Positions 60,236 to 64,000 of a DNA stretch of 64,000 nucleotides are shown here, piece by piece. The position numbers and the translations under genes were made by a program. The stretch lies in contig OY762897.2 of NCBI GenBank assembly GCA_963666515.2, positions 2,688,001 to 2,752,000 on the forward strand, read 5' to 3'. Positions within the stretch are counted from its first letter, which is position 1. Each line of letters opens with the position of its first letter. The stretch is from Candidatus Binatia bacterium. GTDB lineage: Bacteria; Desulfobacterota; Binatia; UBA9968; JAJDTQ01. The notes below the pieces were generated by a model. That model worked only from the letters and a program-made list of their open reading frames with translations. It was not told the origin of the DNA and ran no database searches.

Positions 60236-61939
60236 TCAGGACGGGCTCGCGACGGCTCCCAGCCCTTCTTCTGCCACGGAGGTGATGGACGAGAGCCTCA
60301 GCATGACTCGGGTGGTGGCCCCCTTGCCGATACCGTCGCTCAGCAACTCGATCCGTCCACCCGATCCAATGACGAAATTGGCCGCGGAATGGAGACCGAG
60401 GCCGGTCCCCGAATCTTTCGTGGTGTAGCCCGCGGCAAAGAGCGTCCGTGTGTCCGTCCCGGCAATGCCGATGCCGTTGTCACTCACGTCGAGCTTCAGG
60501 AAATCCCCGTCGACACAGGCCCGGACATCCACCCGGGGCTTTACTTCCGCGCCACCCGAGCGCGCCAGTTCGTCAACGGCCTCGAGCGAGTTCTTGATCA
60601 GGTTGACCAGCATCTGATGAAACGGACTCTCCTGGATGCGTATCCGTTTCGGCGCCTGCTCGCAGTCCACGTGAATACGGGGCATCCCTTCGCCGTGCAC
60701 GTCCTGCACGACCTTGATGGCGAAGGCGATGGCGCCAGGGAGGTCGATATCCTTCCGAACCATCCCTGAATTGCCGAGGGCCTTCTGCGTGCGGACGATG
60801 TCGGCTATGTGGTTGGCCCTGTCGCTGACGCGATCGACGGTCCTCAACAACTTCCGGTGCATCTCCTCAAAGTCGCCGGCGAGGGCGATGATGAACGGCC
60901 GCACGTTTCTTCCCTGGGGGTTGCGGTCGAGGTAGTCGAGCCAGTCGTCTCCGTGGGCCTTGACGGCATCCGCCAAGGCGCCGATACGGGCCACGAGGCG
61001 GTTTTTCACGAACTGACGCCGCAACGTATCGACTCCCGTCGTCACGCTGTTGATGGCGTTGCCGATGTTGTGCAGGATGGTTTCGACCATCTCCAGACGC
61101 CCCTGTGCAAACGCCCGCGTCAACTCCTCTTCGGCGATCATCCGATCGGTGACGTCGTGGCAGGTCATGACGGCCCCCCGGATTCCGCCGAATTCGTGCC
61201 GGAGCGGCCTCGCGCTGAACCGGATATAGCTGCCGCCGTTCACCCGTCCCGGCCGTTTCAGGAAAAGGACTTGGTCATCGACGGACTCGCCTTTCAAGAT
61301 TGCGCGCGGAAGCGGGAGGTCTTCCGCCACGACCGGCGTCACGCGGTCGGGAAAAAAATAGACCTTTGCCGCTTCCTCCCACCACTTGCCCTGCCGCCTG
61401 ATGATGAATTCCTCGCCCAGAATTTCCTTGGCGCGCGGATTGCCGTACAAACACTCTCCGCTCTCCGAACCGACCACAATGCCATCCTGGATGCTGTCGC
61501 AAACGGTCTGCAGCAGCTCGCGCTGTTCCCTCACCTCATTCATGAAAGCCGGGACCTTGCTGTCTTCCCGCCGGTAACGAAAAAGGGCTGTCTGGATGTC
61601 CAGGTGCAATTGCCGTTCCTCGACGGGTTTGAGCGTGAAGCCGAAGGGCTGGCCCGTGTGCGCCGGCTCGAACAGCTCGCCGTAGACGCCGTCCACCAGG
61701 CAGATCACGGGAATGTCGAACCGGCTCCCGATCCGCTCGGCCTCCTTGCTCACGTCCGCTTGCGGGTCGAGGTCGATCAAGGCCACATCGGGAGCGGCTT
61801 CGGCGGTGCGCTCGACCGCCTGCCGGGAGCTGGGAACCATGGCGCACACCACGTAGCCCAGACGTTGCAGGCATTTCTCCAGTCGTCGGGACTCGGCATC
61901 GTCGTCCCGCGCCACCACCAGTACCCGTGCATTCGTCAT
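60236..61939 (-). CDS. Cytoplasmic sensor histidine kinase (REC-PAS-HisKA-HATPase)
   Basis: N-terminal receiver-like domain (PDVALID, KP), PAS, H-box LHNIGN, NLIKN, DNGIG, GTGLGL. Confidence 0.87.
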   Translation of the reverse strand: MTNARVLVVARDDDAESRRLEKCLQRLGYVVCAMVPSSRQAVERTAEAAPDVALIDLDPQADVSKEAERIGSRFDIPVICLVDGVYGELFEPAHTGQPFGFTLKPVEERQLHLDIQTALFRYRREDSKVPAFMNEVREQRELLQTVCDSIQDGIVVGSESGECLYGNPRAKEILGEEFIIRRQGKWWEEAAKVYFFPDRVTPVVAEDLPLPRAILKGESVDDQVLFLKRPGRVNGGSYIRFSARPLRHEFGGIRGAVMTCHDVTDRMIAEEELTRAFAQGRLEMVETILHNIGNAINSVTTGVDTLRRQFVKNRLVARIGALADAVKAHGDDWLDYLDRNPQGRNVRPFIIALAGDFEEMHRKLLRTVDRVSDRANHIADIVRTQKALGNSGMVRKDIDLPGAIAFAIKVVQDVHGEGMPRIHVDCEQAPKRIRIQESPFHQMLVNLIKNSLEAVDELARSGGAEVKPRVDVRACVDGDFLKLDVSDNGIGIAGTDTRTLFAAGYTTKDSGTGLGLHSAANFVIGSGGRIELLSDGIGKGATTRVMLRLSSITSVAEEGLGAVASPS

Positions 61940-62080
61940 CACGTTCTCCGCGCGCCTCGCACTTCAGAACGGCCGGAACGAACGTCTACAGCTTGAGGCA
62001 GCGCAGGTCCTCATCCTCGCTGGGGGCATTGCCATCTCCCTTCCCCTGTGTCACCTTGGTCGCGTCCGTCCGGGTAGCCT

Positions 62081-63172
62081 ATGGCACAGCCGGATACGTG
62101 TCAACTAGCCTTAAAACCTGACGTTTCGCCTCGGCCAGACGCGCGCGTCGGACCCTTGGAGACCGTTTTGCCGCCGTCCGCTGACAGCGCCCGGAACCCC
62201 GCCGCCGGCCCCGTAGCGGAAGACGCCGCGCGCCCGGTCACCACTGCCCGGTGGCTGGGCTACCGCGTGTGTGAAGGGCTCTGGCGGCTCCTTGTCCAAT
62301 TCATGAAGGTGATGCCGCCGGGGCCGTTCCGGCGCCTGTGCACGCCGCTCCTCAGGATGCTGGTTGTTTGCGCCGTTTCGCGCCGGCGCATCGTCGCCGT
62401 GATGGACGCGGCCTTCGGCGATTCGTACACGCCCGCGGCCAAGCGGGGCCTGGCGAAGGGCGTCCAGCAGCGGATGGCGGAGAACGTCCTCGATTGCCTC
62501 GTGCAGATGGGCTATCCCGATCGGCTGCGGGAAGTTCTCGACATCCGGGGTATCGAGCATCTGGAGGCAGCCCTGGCCAAGGGCCGCGGGGTCATCGCGC
62601 TGGGCTTCCACCTGGGCAACTTCATCCTTCTCACGGCCGCCATGGGAGTCGCCGGGCACCGGGTCCACGGCCTGATGCGCTTCTTCGACGACGAAAGGCT
62701 CATGGACCTGGTGCGCCGCCACAGCCGGTCGTTCCACACCGTGCTCATCCCTTCCCTTCCCCGCCGCCGGGCCGTAGGGAGCATCCTGGCCGCCCTCCGG
62801 GACAACCGCATCGTCGTCATGCTGGCCGACAACCTCAAGCGCGGCGAACTGGAAACCACCCTCTTCGGGCAGCCCGTGCGGACGGCCCGGGGATTCGTCA
62901 GCCTGGCGCTACGGACGCGCGCAGCGGTGGTGCCGGTCTACCTGGTGCGCGGCGGCGACGGCCGATTGCAGCTCGTCATCGAGCCGGAAATGGAGATGGC
63001 CCGCACCGGCGACCTGGCCGCCGACCTGGTCGCCAACACCGAGCGCATCATGGGGCTGCTGGAAGACCTAGTCCGACGCTATCCGGATCAATGGTACTGG
63101 CTCACGGTCAGGCTGGGGCGGGAATCAGGCGGAGGCGAGAGCCGGCCCGCGGCGCCGAAGGACGTTGCTTGA
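62081..63172 (+). CDS. Lipid A lauroyl/lysophospholipid acyltransferase family protein
   Basis: G.EHLEAALAKGRGVI..HLGNF, LAD, RRYPDQWYW; start uncertain. Confidence 0.8.
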   Translation: MAQPDTCQLALKPDVSPRPDARVGPLETVLPPSADSARNPAAGPVAEDAARPVTTARWLGYRVCEGLWRLLVQFMKVMPPGPFRRLCTPLLRMLVVCAVSRRRIVAVMDAAFGDSYTPAAKRGLAKGVQQRMAENVLDCLVQMGYPDRLREVLDIRGIEHLEAALAKGRGVIALGFHLGNFILLTAAMGVAGHRVHGLMRFFDDERLMDLVRRHSRSFHTVLIPSLPRRRAVGSILAALRDNRIVVMLADNLKRGELETTLFGQPVRTARGFVSLALRTRAAVVPVYLVRGGDGRLQLVIEPEMEMARTGDLAADLVANTERIMGLLEDLVRRYPDQWYWLTVRLGRESGGGESRPAAPKDVA

Positions 63173-63220
63173 GACCCCCGGAAGGCAATGGTAGAGTTCC
63201 CTTGGAGCCCGTCCATCCCC

Positions 63221-63268
63221 CTGGATTCCCGCTTGCGCGGGAATGACGGAGCGGATGCGGGAATGACG
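63221..63268. repeat. REP-like element, family A, with partial duplication
   Basis: CTGGATTCCCGCTTGCGCGGGAATGAC followed by a second GCGGGAATGAC. Confidence 0.78.
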
Positions 63269-63300
63269 AGATCGGGGCACGGAAGACAAAGGAGCTATTC

Positions 63301-64000
63301 ATGCAAAGCGGATCCGAGGGTCCCTGGGGGCGCCGTCAGCAGAGCGGGCCCGATTGGGAGGACCTGCTCTCCCGGTTGCCCCAGTTGCCCGGTTTCCTGA
63401 AGTCGGGGGTGCCCTTTCTCATCGCAGGGGCCATTGCCGTCATCTGGCTGGCGAGCGGCTTCTACACCATCCAGCCCGGCGAGGAAGGGGTCGTCACGCG
63501 GTTCGGCAAGGTGGCGCGCATCTCCACCGCCGGCCTCAACTACCACATTCCCTGGCCCATCGAGGAGTTGCGGAAGGTCAACGTGGCGGAGATCCGCCGG
63601 CTGGAGGTGGGTTTCCGCAGCAATCCGCTGCGACCGAACCTCGTGCGCCTCATTCCGCAGGAATCGCTGATGCTTACCGGCGACGAGAACATCGTCAGCG
63701 CGCAACTCACCGTGCAGTACCGGGTCAAGAACCCCGAACAGTTCCTGTTCAAGCTGCGGGATCCCGTGACCACGCTGCAGGCGGCCACCGAGGTGGCGCT
63801 GCGCAGCCGCGTCGGCAACACCACCATCGAGGAGGTCCTCACGGTGGGGCGTGACCGGGTGCAGACCGAGACCCAGGAGTTCCTGCAACAGCTCATGGAC
63901 ACCTACGAGTCGGGGATCCAGATCACCGAGGTGAAGCTCCAGACCGTGGAGGCCCCCAGCCAGGTCAAGGACGCCTTCGACGAGGTGGTGCGGGCGCGTG
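63301..64000 (+). CDS. hflK: FtsH protease modulator HflK (partial, runs off window)
   Basis: Manual translation after AAGGAG RBS: SGFYTIQPGEEGVVTRFG, GLNYHIPWPIE, ESLMLTGDENIV, VKDAFDEVVRA. Confidence 0.92.
   Translation, partial: MQSGSEGPWGRRQQSGPDWEDLLSRLPQLPGFLKSGVPFLIAGAIAVIWLASGFYTIQPGEEGVVTRFGKVARISTAGLNYHIPWPIEELRKVNVAEIRRLEVGFRSNPLRPNLVRLIPQESLMLTGDENIVSAQLTVQYRVKNPEQFLFKLRDPVTTLQAATEVALRSRVGNTTIEEVLTVGRDRVQTETQEFLQQLMDTYESGIQITEVKLQTVEAPSQVKDAFDEVVRAR

Overview
GC-rich bacterial chromosomal window with about 55 CDS and no rRNA, tRNA, CRISPR array, integrase or transposase. It is rich in solute-binding proteins, LLM oxidoreductases, amidohydrolases and palindromic REP-like repeats, which loosely suggests a Deltaproteobacteria/Binatia-like, possibly host-associated heterotroph (inference only). 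Layout: (1-10.5 kb) catabolic genes (Mo-hydroxylase subunit, cupin, C-N hydrolase, DUF2848, LLM, amidohydrolase), a carboxyltransferase and an EmrAB-type pump. (10.5-19.6 kb) An accessory, partly AT-richer patch: DUF2235 hydrolase, truncated AbrB, pemIK TA, an ECF sigma/dockerin anti-sigma/cohesin-like/VIT operon, a coupled 'HK...YHGY' protein plus ImmA/IrrE-like pseudo-peptidase pair, and a divergent RlmJ-like methyltransferase. (20-37 kb) Dioxygenase, MFS, desaturase, a Liv-type ABC system with fused ATPases, and an LLM/twin-nitrilase/ABC/hydrolase operon preceded by a 22-bp repeat array. (37-55.5 kb) Housekeeping genes serS, yraN, rnhB, gatCA..gatB (split by a Cache-domain autotransporter and a thiolase-like gene), argJ and secA with a very large coiled-coil insertion, then an aspartic-protease pair and an SPL-like radical SAM operon. 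(55.5-64 kb) TRAP and TTT transport, coxG, a hybrid kinase, an acyltransferase and partial hflK. Best candidates for undescribed systems: the YHGY/ImmA-like pair with its neighbouring methyltransferase, the dockerin-cohesin ECF module and the Cache autotransporter. All family calls come from motif recognition by eye; no searches were run.
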